From Cyanophora paradoxa CCMP329 (Eukaryota > Plantae > Glaucophyta), in contig QPMI01000457.1 of NCBI GenBank assembly GCA_004431415.1, positions 430,331 to 494,330 of the forward strand: a DNA stretch of 64,000 nt, in the 5' to 3' direction. Below, in pieces: positions 10,895 through 22,100 of the stretch. The notes beneath the pieces are model-generated. The model was not told where the DNA came from. It worked only from the letters and a program-made list of their open reading frames with translations, and made no database searches. Positions within the stretch are counted from its first letter, which is position 1, and each line of letters opens with the position of its first letter. The position numbers were made by a program, and so were the translations under genes.

Positions 10895-12350
10895 ATGGAT
10901 TGCCCGGATCGGAGCTCTCAAAGCCTCTTGCTGGAGCAGCGGATTTCTCAACAGGACGCAAAAATTGACACAATTGAAAAGAAGCTCGATATAATTTTGC
11001 ACTTATTGGAGGGGCTGCAAACTCAACCGGCCTCGGCGTGCTCGCAATCGGGCTCGAGCCGCGGAATCAACCGCGAAGGCCGGCTCTCGCACCCCGAGGC
11101 CTTGATCATGAGCTCGAGCGTCTCAAACGCAGCCGCGAATTCGCAAGTGTCTACACCGCGCTCGGCGGCTTCATTGCCGTCAGGCAGCAGCTCGTCATTT
11201 GCGTAAGCGAAAGTGGCAACAATTAAGCGTTCTGCCGCTCTTACCCATCGTTGAATATCTGCTTTCGGCGCAGCTCGTCCCATGGCCATCGCGTTCCCCG
11301 GACTGTCACAGGAACTCCAGCTGGTGAAGCCAGTACCGGTGCGAAAAAGCCAGCTCTTTAAGAAGAATTTAGATGCTTGTCCAGACTATAAATTGAATAT
11401 TCAGCTGCAGGCTCGCTCGACGCGGAGCCGCGGTACGGGACCCGGACGGGAAAGAAGCACCACCGCGTCTCGTGCGAGTGGATTCGGCAGAGCCCCGAGC
11501 CGGGGGCGCCGTTCCGGCCGGGGGTCCACCGCTACGCGAGCCGCGCCGAGGCTGAGCGGGCAGGGCTGACCGAGTGCCTCGTCTGTCAGGGTATGCGCTA
11601 TTTGGACCGCCCTGGGCTCGTGGTTGCCCCCGACTCGAATTACTCGAATTTTGCGCAGAGGGCAGTGGCGGCGCGCAATGCGCCCCTCGCTCTGCCATCC
11701 GAGTGCAAGGTGCTGCGTCCTCGTGATCTGCCAAAGCTAAGGTTCAGACCTCGCGATCGAATCTTACTACAGCGCAGCTTTAGACCGCGCGGCCGCTGTC
11801 CCCGTCCGGGAGCCCACCTTCGGAGACGCGGTCGGGCGGTACGTCACCGGCGGCATCGGCAAGAAGCACCACGCCCCAAGGTAAATCGAATAATATAAGA
11901 TCTAATATTAAGCTTCAGGGTTTTGCGTCCGAGTAAATCAAGCGGGGCGGCAGCTGCGAGCACCTGCTGGAGGTGGGCGAGTACCGCCGCGGCCTCCGCC
12001 GCTTCGAGAGCGCGGCGGATGCGCGGGAGGCCGGGTTCGAGGAGTGCCTCGTCTGCCGCCCCGACTGCTACCGCGCCCCGACCGGTGCCTTCGCTCCTCG
12101 CTCTAGATCTAGAGCTAGCCCGCTGGGCCACCCTTATCCTGACTCTGCTCAGCATCTGCTCCCCTCGGCCCCTCGATCGCGAGTTCACTGGCGGTGTCGG
12201 CCTTCCCGGGCGAGATTCTCGCGCATGCACCGCCGTCGACGGTTTGCCCCTGCAGCAACCACTGCCGCATGGTCCGACTTCAGGCAGCCCCTGGATTTTA
12301 CACTGCAGCTGTTGACGGCCAGTGATTTAGGAGGGATGTCTCTGATTTAA
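10895..12350 (+). CDS. Coiled-coil protein with two Ada-like metal-binding (Zn) domains; 3' end approximate
   Basis: N-terminal heptads LEQRISQQDAKIDTIEKKLDIILHLL. Domain 1 is RYGTRTGKKHHRVSC...HRYASRAEAERAGLTECLVC (~11430-11590). Domain 2 is RYVTGGIGKKHHAPS-intron-C...RRFESAADAREAGFEECLVCRP (~11835-12065). Confidence 0.75.
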
Positions 12351-12457
12351 TGAAGACATCGTTTCGCCGGTTGAGGCGCGAAAGTATGAATTCGAATCTA
12401 GGAATGCACGGGTGCGACGCAGACGGCCGCAGGCTTGAACTTCGAGCGGCTTCGAGC

Positions 12458-15453
12458 TCAGGCGGCGAGGCAGACCTCTGCGAGCTCGGCGAGGCGCCAG
12501 GCGCCGGGCCCCAGCTCGGGGGCCGCCGCCGCCCCGCCCCGCACCCAGTCCCCCTCCCGCAGCGCGTGCTCCACCGCTAGCCCGTCCGGCACCTGGGCCC
12601 GGGGCGGGGCGTGAGACGAGGCGGGCGGGGCAGGCTCGAGGGCGGGCACCGAGATGGTGAGGGCGGGGCGGCCCCTGTACCCCTCCGACTCCAGGACGAT
12701 GCAGTAGGCCCCCCCACGCGCGTCCGACCCCTGCACCTGCTCGGCGCTGGACGTGAGCGCGCAGGCGAGGGCGGGGCGGGGCCGGGCGGGGCCGGGCGGG
12801 GGCGCGCCCGCGCGGCGAGGCCGGAGATGGGCCAGAGGGCGCCCGGGGCGTGGGGCGGGTCCTGCAGCGGGAGCGCCGGCACGGGCTCCGCCGGCCGGCG
12901 GTTCACCTGCCGCCGCTCAGCTGCGGCTCAGCTGCGGCGCGCGGCGGCCGCACCGAGATGCACTGCACGAGCGAGGCGCTCCCGCCGTCCCGCGAGATCG
13001 CGACGTACCCCTCCACGGCTTCGCCCCCGGCCAGGCCGTAGCGGGCGCGGATGGGCGACTCGATGCTGGCCGGCTCCGTCACCCCGGCTGCGGAGGCCCT
13101 CTCAGGCGAGGGAGGCGGGAGGGGGCGGGCGGGCGGGGGCGGGGGCGGGGGCGGGGGCGGGGGCGGGGCCGGGCACGGCAGGCGAGGGAGAGGGGGCCGC
13201 CTGCAAGGTCGGCCTGGACGCGCCCCGTGACGCGGGCGAGGCCCCAGACGGGCGAGCCGTTGTACGCGTACGCCCGCGCGAGCCGCGGCGGCGTCGCCCC
13301 CGCCTGCAGCGCCACCCCCTCCAGGCGGTCCCCCGTCGCCGCCGCCTCCGGCATCATCGCCACCTGCGAAGCGTGAGGGGCGGCGCCGGGGAGCTGAGGG
13401 GAGATGGGGGGCGCGCACGTCGGCGCCGTGCATGGGGGCGCCGGGCGGGCCTCGACGCGCAGGCAGATCGCCCCGGGGCCCCCGGCACGACCCGCCCCTC
13501 CACCAGAACCAGCGCGAGCCCGCCCCCGCCCCCGCCGGGCCCCCGGCGCCAGGCCCCCGCGCCCGCTTCGCCTCGGGCGGCTGCGGCCGCTCCGCTGCGC
13601 GCGCGCGGGCGCGACGTCAGAGCGACGGTGGCGAGGCGGGACGGGCCGGCCGCACCGCGGTCTCGGCGCTCCCAGGGGGCGGCCGCCTGCGGGGCCGGCG
13701 CCGCTCCCGCGGCTGCGGGTCCGTGCGCCGGGACTGGCAGAGCGGGGGCGCCCGGCGGCACGAAGGCGGGGAGGGGGGGCATTCGCCCCGGCCCCGGGGC
13801 GGCGGGCCCGGAGCCGGCACGGGGAGCGCCGGGAACGGCGCCGGTGCGGCGAGGCCGAGCGCCGGGGCGGTGTGCGCCGCGGGCGGGGCCGGCGCGGTGG
13901 GCTTCAGAGGCGGTGCGGGGTGCGCCGCAGGCGGCGCCGGCGCAACGGGGCCCGGAGCCGGCGCGAGGTACGCTGGCGCAGCGGGGCCCGGAGCTGGCGC
14001 GCCCGGAGCTGGCGCGGGTACGCTGCGGGCGGCGCTGGCGCGACCGGGCCCGGAGCCGGCGCGGGATGCCCCGCGGGAGGCGCCGGCGCGACCGGGCCCG
14101 GAGCCGGCGCGGGGTACGCCGCGGGCGCCGGCGCGACCGGGCCCGGAGCCGGAGCGCGGTGAGCCGGGAACGTGGCCGGTGTAGGAGCAGGCACGGCGGG
14201 CGTGGGAGCGGGGGGGCCGGGGGCGGTGCCGCCTCTTGCGGCTCGGGCCTGGGGCACGGGGCGGGGAGGCCGGTGGCGACTCGTCGTCGGCCAGCGGGTC
14301 GTAGGGCGACGGCGTCCGGGGCGGGGGCTGGGGCGGCCCGCCGGGGCCCGCGCCTGCTTGAGGCGCCTGCAGCTGCCGGCCGGGACCGGACGCGGGGGCC
14401 CCGTGCTGCTGCTGCTGCGGCGCCGGCGCTGGGGGCGCGTCGGCGGCCGGCGCGGGAGGTGGCGACGAGGGAGGCGGACGCTTCGCGGCAGCGGAGAGGG
14501 CCGCAGCCGCTGCCTTGGCGGCGGCGACGGCGGCCGCGGCGGCCGCGGCGGAGGGCCCCGGGCCGCCCACCGGCCCGTTGCTGGCGGCAGTCCGCCCCAA
14601 GAGCCGCGCGACGGCCTCTTGCACGTCTTTGGACGGAGGCGGAAGCGGCGCGGCGGGGGCGGAGGGGCGGCGGAGAAGCCGCCGACGCTCGGCGCGGCCG
14701 ACGCCGGCGGAGGGGCGGCGGAGAAGCCGCCGACGCTCGGCGCGGCCGATGTGCCCGGGTGGTGCGCCGACGCCGCGGACGGCTGCGGCTGCACGGATCC
14801 CGCCGGCGGGGAGCGCGGGGCCGACTTGCACGCGGGGCCCGAGGCGCGGACCAGGAGGAGGCCGCCGCGGGCATCGTCCAGGAGGGCGCGGATGGCTCGC
14901 AGGGCCTTCGACTCGGCGACCGGCCCGTTCATGCTGGCGGCCGCCGCCAGCGACTTGGCGGTGAAGAGGAAGGCCCGCGCGCTGGTGCCGGCGGACCGCA
15001 CACTCGGCACCTGCGGGGCGTGAGCGCGGGGATCGCACGCGCATTGCGTGCCGCCGGACCTTGGACCTTGCTTGCAGGCGATCCAGGTACTCTTCGAGCC
15101 ACGAGGCGTCCGCTTCGCGCATGAGGTGCAGCGCGGAGATCTCCTGCCGCCTCGCGACGTATTCCACCGCCGCTGCCGTCGACACGCGCGACTGGAACGT
15201 GATGGTGCCTTCGCTGGCGGGCCTGCGCTCGCGTCGGCCGCAGGCCATCGCGCAACGCTATCGCCGAGCATCGGCTCGGGCCAGGAGCGGCGCACCACGC
15301 GAACTGCACCAAATCATCTCCGGCGATCGGCAGGGCCGTCACGTTGCACGCTATCGGACCCCACGCCTGCTCCGGGTGGTCGCTGTGCCGGCCGCCAAAC
15401 GCGAGTCTCCTAACGCTGCACGCAGCGGTCGCGGTGCCTGGGTCGGACGCCAT
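12458..15453 (-). CDS. SPOC-like domain + Pro-rich repeat + tandem OB-fold-like protein (paralog A)
   Basis: N-terminus TITFQSRVSTAAAVEYV...WLEEYLDRLQARSK-VPSVR..RAFLF follows a SPOC-like pattern. C-terminal exons read IESPIRARYGLAGGEAVEG, CIVLESEGYR and AVEHALREGDWV. Confidence 0.55.
13900..14170 (-). repeat. Coding tandem repeat (Y/H)PAPAPGPVAPAPPAA
   Basis: GGGCCCGGAGCCGGCGCG-containing units repeated 5-6 times. Confidence 0.85.
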
Positions 15454-15576
15454 CACGAGCCAGCGCCGCCGCCTTCACCAGCGGCTGATCGACAGGGCCA
15501 AATGGCAAAGCAGCCAAAGCAGCAAAGCTCCGAGGGGGGGTAGGCGTGCAGAGTGCGGGCAGCTGCAGCGTGCGAG

Positions 15577-18455
15577 ATGGCGGGTCCGAACACCGCGGGC
15601 GCCCCGCCGGCGCTCAGCCGCAGCATCTCCATTGCAAAGAAGACGCACGGCGTGACAGTGGAGCTGCTGTCTGGGGATATGTGGAAGGAGTGGCCGCAGC
15701 TCGTGAAGGTCGAGCAGAAGGTCGGGCTCGAGGAGGTGAAGCGCGTGGGCAACCAAATGATGGACGGCTGGATCGCCGTCGTTGGCATTCGCGGGGGCGA
15801 GAAGGACTCCGGTCAGTTCGCGAAGCAGGCAGCGGACTGGAACGCTGAGGCGAAGGTGCGCGGGGCGATGGGTCTCCGCCGCGCGCCCGCGCCGCCGCCG
15901 GCCGCCGGCCGCCGCGCGCTGACCGCTCGGGTCGCAGAGCGGCTACGTCAAGCACGGCGACATGCGCATCTTCATGCTACCGTGGCAGCTCGCGACGACC
16001 GTCTTCCCGCCGCTCGCGCCGCTCCCGCCGTACGATGTCGCCGGCATCGTCTTCAAGACGCTCGCGAAGGCGCGCCTGCGCGGCCCCGCTTCGCCTTTGC
16101 CGGCTGCGGCCGCGGGGCTCATGCGGGGCGCGCAGGCCCCCTCCGCGCAGCCGCCGCCGGCGGCGGCGCAGGCGCAGGCGGTCAGCTCGCCGGACAAGCG
16201 GACGAGCACGCCGCCTCAGGGGGCCGGCGGCTCGGGCGAGCGCGACGCCAAGCGGCCGCGCGTGGAGGGCAACGGCGTCGGCTCCGGCGCCGGCGCCCCG
16301 TCGGGCAGCGGCACCTCCTCCGCCGGTGCGCGGCCGCCTCGCCGGCCGCGGGGCCGCGCCCGCCCTTCGAAGCTGAGGCGGCCGGCGCGCAGGGAAGCGG
16401 GCGGCGTCCAGGTCGCCGCCGCGGGACAAGGAGCGGGATCGGAGGGACGGGGAGAGCATGGAGCGGCGGGACCGCGAGGAGCGGGAGAGGCGCGAGCGCT
16501 CCCGCGAGCGCGAGAAGGAGCGCGAGCGCGAGCGCGGTGCGTCCGCACCCGGCCCCGGCACGCCCGCCGCCCCGCGCGAGCCGCGCATCGCAGAGCGGGA
16601 GCGGGAGAAGGAACGAGAGCGGGAACGCGAGAAAGAGCGGGAGCGGGAGCGCGAGCGCGAGCGGGAAAGGGAGCGCGAGCGGGAGCGCCGGGAGCGGGAG
16701 GAGCGCGATCGGAAGGAGCGCGAGCGCGAGCGCGAACGAGAGCGGGAGCGCGAGCGCGAACGAGAGCGGGAGCGGGAGCGGGATCGGGAGCGGCGCGAGG
16801 TGCTGGACCCTTGGGGCCGGGGCGCGTCGCTCGCTCGCCGACCGGCCCCGCAGCGGGAGCGGAGGGACCGCGACGAAAAGGACCGGCGGGACAGGGAGGA
16901 GAAGGAGCGCCGCGAGCGCGTCGAGAGGGAGTTCGAGAAGGCGCGTACCCCCTCCTCGCCCCCCCCCCTTCTCCTCCCCCGCCCCGCTCAGGCCGGCCGC
17001 AGAAAGCGCTCGACGTGCTTCCGACGCCGGGCGAGGGGGACTACATCAGAGGCGCGCTCCCGCCCCCGCCCCTGCCCCCGCCCCCCGCCCCCGGCCCGTG
17101 ACTCCCCGGCAGTGTCGGGGCGGCTGAGGGCGAAGCCGGTCCCCCCCACGGGCGCCCCGCCGGGGGCCAACGGGTCCTCGGACCTCGTCCTAGCCCCGGA
17201 CCCCGTGCGTCCCCCGCCCTCCCGGGGCCCGGGGGCCGGCCGGGCCGAGCCGAGCCGAGCCGGGCGGGCCGCCCCGGCAGGGCTCCGTCTTCTCCTGCGA
17301 CATCGCCGTCCCCCTCGCCGTCGTCGAGTGCTACAGGCGCGCGCCGACCTTTCCGTCCCGCCTCGGCCCGCCGCCCCGCCGACGCGCGCCCCGCCGCGCC
17401 CCGCCCCGCCCCGCCTCCGCAGGCTCAAGGAGGGGCAGGCGGTCATCGGCGTCGCCCTCGCCACGGACGCGGTACGCCCCCACGCCGCCGGCGCCGCCCG
17501 CCCACGCCGCCGCCCGCCGGCCGCCCTCTGAGCCGAGCGCAGAGCGGGTCGCCGCTGCAGAATAAGCCCGGGGAAGCGCCGGCCCCCCACGCAGGGGCCG
17601 TCCTTGTGGCCGTGGCGGAGGCCGGCGACCGCACCTTCAAGGCGCGCCTCCGGCGGGGCCCTCCCCCTCCCCCTCCTCCTCCTCAGGCGGGGCGGGGCCG
17701 GCAGGTGCCGACGACGAGCGCGCTGGTGCAGAAGGAGGCCGGGGGCGCCTCGAAGGTCTCCGCGGGGCTCGTCCTCCTCACCAAGACCGACAACTGGGTC
17801 ACGCTGCTCTCCGAGGGGTACAGGCCCCGCGAGGCCACCGGGCGCGACTCGATGGTCTTCATCCCCCGCTCCCTGGTAAGCGCGAGGCGAAGGAGCGGGG
17901 CGTCGGGGCGCCGCGGGGCGGCCCACGATGCCCCCGCCTGCAGCTGCTGGACCACAGCCTGAGCACCGGCGACTTCGTCGTGATCGAGTGGAAGCACATC
18001 GGTGCCCCCCGCTCGCGCCCTCCCCGTCCCGCCGGCGCCGGCGCTGAGCTGAGCTGAGCCGCGCAGGCAACGGGCGGCGGAGCGTGACGCACGTCCTGCA
18101 GAAGACGCGCTCTGCGGACCTCGTGCTCGGGTCCGGCGCCGCGGCCCCGGCCGCCCCCACGCCGCCCCCCGAGAGCATGGCCCGCCCCCGCCCCCGCCCC
18201 GGGGGCGCAGGAGGCTGACGCGGGGCGCAGGAGCCCCTCACACCGGACCTCCCCGCGCCCCAGGCGGCCGCGCCGGCGCCGCCGCGGCAGCCGGCGGGCG
18301 AGGGCGGGGACGCGAGGCCGGATGCGGGCCCGTCGGAGGCGCACGCGCAGGCGGCGGCGGTGGAGGAGGAGGGCGAGTGCCTGGAGTCGCCCCTGCGCGG
18401 CGCGGGGGAGGCCGCCGCAGCCCCGAGCCCCGTGCCTATGGCCACCGACCCCTAA
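15577..18455 (+). CDS. SPOC-like domain + RE-rich region + tandem OB-fold-like protein (paralog B)
   Basis: WPQLVKVEQKVGLEEVKRV...FAKQAADWNAEAK-SGYVKHGDMRIFMLP is SPOC-like. Long RERE tract at 16458-16940. C-terminal exons read DIAVPLAVVECYR-LKEGQAVIG, WVTLLSEGYR..VFIPRSL and LLDHSLSTGDFVVIEW. Confidence 0.6.
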
Positions 18456-19142
18456 TCCCAATACATATCTAGCAATCGCTGCTGCAGTGCGGCTGGCCGC
18501 CCGGGCCGCACGCTAGCCGTCGAATTCCGACTTCAGCGCTAGAGCTAGCCGCTGGGCATGCACGCTCGCGCCGCGGCCCCGGGCCCCCGCGCGCGCGCGC
18601 TGCGCATGCATGCGCATGCGTCCGTTCCATTCTAGCTGTATATATATAGATCTATGGAGTCGTACGCGATATCGATCGATATCAACTTGCAAATCCGCGG
18701 CCTCGACATGTACACTTCGAATTCCGGATTCTGTCAATCCCTCTGTCGCTCGAGCTATACCCCCCTGAACGCACTGGCAACTGCAAGCTGAGCGCTACGG
18801 TTGGTTGCCGGCTGTGGACGCGCTCCTGATCTGAGAAGCAGCAGTCTGCAGCTACTATCCAGAGCATCGCGGGAAGCTGGAAGCGAGAAGTTCCTTTGGT
18901 AGTTGCTGAAGTCATGGGCGGCTGGACCACGTAGGACCGAGCTCTACTAGGCTACGTCTTTCTCTCGGTCATCTCATCATCTCCTGCGGATCGGGACGCC
19001 AGAAGCGAGGCGTCCAGTGTAAGGGGCGCATCCATGGCCCATTGGACGCGGCGCGTACGCGCGCCCAGACAACCTAGCAGGCAACTGTAGGAAGCCTACG
19101 TTAGAGAGGATTCCGGACGTACGCCTCCAGCCTAGCCTCCGG

Positions 19143-22100
19143 ATGGATCCTCGCGCGTTCCTCCTCAACTCCTCGTCGGGGCCTACAGCGCCCTCGCCGT
19201 CCCACAAGGGCGGTAACAGCTGGTGGGTTCCTCCCGCCTCGCAGCAACGCCAGGCTCAAGTTGCGTCCCGCAGGTCCGCCGCCGATTGGGGCACGGTTCA
19301 TTCGGCCTTCCTCTCGTGGTCGGACGTCCCCGAGGGACGCGGCGGCGGGTGCGCCGCGCCGCCCCGTCGGGTTGCGGACACGTGCGGCCCGTTGTGCTCA
19401 GCGCGTCCGCGGCGGGGGCGGGTCGCAGGGCGTGGTGGCGGGTGCGGCGGGTCCTCCTCTCGGTGCGGACGCAGAGCCTCCTCGCCGTTTTCTTCCTCCA
19501 GCTCCTCGTCTTCGTCATAGTCGGCGCCACGATGTTCCGGTCCGGCCGTCCCCGCCCCGCCCCGCCCCGCCCCGGCGCTCGGCGCGACGCGACCCGAGCG
19601 GCGCGGCGGCGGCGCAGGATCATCCCGCCGCGCTTCGCCGACCTGGAGCGCGCCGACGCCGACGCCGCCCTCGCACGCCTCGTCAAGTCCGCCCCTTCCC
19701 GCCTTGCCCGCCCGCGCGCCCCGGGGCCTCACGCGCGGGCCGGGCGGCAGCTCCCTCAGCGACGCCGCCGGCGCCCTCAGCGAGGCTGTCGTGCGCCGCC
19801 CCGACGCGACCCCGCTCCGGCCCGCCGCTCCGGCCCGCCGGACTCAGAAGACGGCGCAGATGACGAACGCGAACTGGGACGAGCCATCACAGCTGGCCTT
19901 CGAGGGCCTGACCGAGGCCTCCTCCCCCCCCCCCCCCCAGTTCCTCGACTCGCTCGTGCGCCCTCCCCCGAAAGAGACCCCCGGCGCCCTCGCTGACGTA
20001 CCCCCCTCCCGCCCAGTACGGCAACGACGTCCTCAAGGCGATGGACATCGAGTTCGCCGCGCGTGCGCACCCGTACCCCGCCGGCGCCCGCTCCCCCTCC
20101 CCCCCTCCCTCTTCTCCCCCGCGCCTTCGATCCGACTCGCCGGGCAGACTACGACCGAGAGGGCCGGTTCCTGTTCGGACGGCGGGTCGGCGGCGCGGCG
20201 CTGCCGCCGGGGTTCCAGCGGCTGGCCCCGTCCCACCCCCTCATGGCTGCCGTCGCCGCCGGGAAGCTCTCCCGCCTCACCAGCGGCCTGTACCCCGCCG
20301 ACTTCGCGTCCCCCCCGCTCCGCCGGGTGCCGGCCGCGCCCCCGCCCCCGCCCCCGCCGCGCCGGCCGGCGCCTGACGCGCGCGGCGCGGCGGCAGACGC
20401 TCCTGACTGTGGCGGCGCCCCTCGCCTTCTCGAACTACTCCGGTGACGCAGACGGACTCAGCGCCGGCCTCCTCATCTTCGCCCGGGTACGCCCCCGCAC
20501 CCCCTCCCTCTGGGCGCCGTACCCCCCTCACGCCCCCCCGAAGGTCCTCTCGGAGAAGCAGCTCCTCAAGATCGCCCACCAGAGCCAGGTAGCCCCGTAC
20601 CCCACGTCTCTTCCATCCCCTCCTTCACCCCCCATCCCCCCCAGACGTGCGCCATGGTTGTAGACTACCCCTCCGAGGCGGGTTCGAAGGCGGGCCTACC
20701 CGCCGACCTGGCCGAGGCCGCCGTGCGCTTCGCGAGCTCGCGTGCAGCCGCCACCCCCGCCGGGTCCGCCCCACGGCCTGCCTTCCCGCCCTCCGTCCCC
20801 CCTCCCCCCTGCCGACGGCGGGCGCAGGGCGGGGCAGCACGTTTCGCCGCTGGACTTCGGCCTGGTCGTGTCCCGCCAGAACGTGTTTCTCGACGCGGCG
20901 GCGGCGGCGGTGGCGCCCCTCGGGGCCGACATGTCGCTCCCCACCGCCCGCCGCGTCTGCGCGGGGGTGCGCCCCGCGCCCCGCGCCCCCACGCACCCCC
21001 CCCCCCTCTCTCGCCCCCGGTCGGCTCCCCTGACTTTCGCGGCAGGAGTTCGCGGCCCAGGAGGGGGCGGCGCCGCAGCACCCGGGCAAGTGGGCGGAGG
21101 GGGAGGAGCGGCTCGCCTCGTACGCAGTCGTCGCGGACGGCCTGGGCGCCCCCGCGCTCCTCGTCCGGGCCGACATCGCACTCGCCATATCGGAGAAGGG
21201 CTTCTCGACCCTCTGGACGGTCATCGGCTCCTTCGCGGGCGGCTGCGGCGCCCTCGTGCTGGTGACCCTCGTCTACATCGAGGCCGTCGTGGCGCGCCCC
21301 GTCTCCCGCCTCACCCGCGCCCTCGTCGCCCTCACCGCCGACCTGGGCGAGGTCCTCCGCCCCCCGCCGGCCGCCCCCTCCTCCTCCTCGGCGCCCGGCA
21401 CGCCCTCGCTGCGCGGCCTGCCGGGCCCGGGGCTCAGCGGGCCGGCGAGCGCGGCGGCCTCGCTGCCGGCGAGCCCCGGGAGCAGCAGCCACGCCCTCGT
21501 GCTCCGCAGCAGCGAGGCGGGGCCCGCGCCCTCGGGCTCGGCCAAGCAGCCCTACCCGAGCGGCGGCTTCGGGGGCCTCGCCGCCTCCGCCGCCGCCGGC
21601 CTCGCCGCCACCGCCTCCCCCGCCCCGCACCTCCTCGCCGCCGCCTCGCCGCCGGCGCGGCCGGGCCTGGTGACGCGGCCGGTGCACTCGTGGGGCAGTC
21701 CCTGCACGCAGCAGGAGAGCAGCGTGCGCGTCCCCCGCGCCCGCCGCGGCTCCCACGCCTCCTCCGACGGCTACGGCTCCGGCCGCATCGCCCCGCTGCT
21801 TCCCCCTCCCCGGGCCCCCGCGCGCCCCGGCCCCGGCCCCGGCCCCGCTCCCGGCCCCCGCCGGCCCGCCGCCGATGCGCTCCCTGCCGGCCCCGGACGG
21901 GGAGACGGGCCGGGCGACGGAGGCGCCCACGGGGGCCTCGGGCCGCTCGCGGCGGGCGTCGGCGCACGCGAGGAACTTCCGCATCCGGAGCGTGGGCCCC
22001 TCGCTCGAGTTCCGCTTCCTCTCGTCCTCCATCAACCGCCTCCTGCGGCTCCTGCTGGATCAGAAGGCCCAGTCCGAGCGCCTCCTCTACGACCTCGTGC

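Noticed and set aside
12611-15124. 837-aa ORF and other long Arg/Ala/Gly/Pro-rich ORFs in the track
   Set aside because: Antisense or off-frame artefacts of very high GC overlapping real spliced genes.
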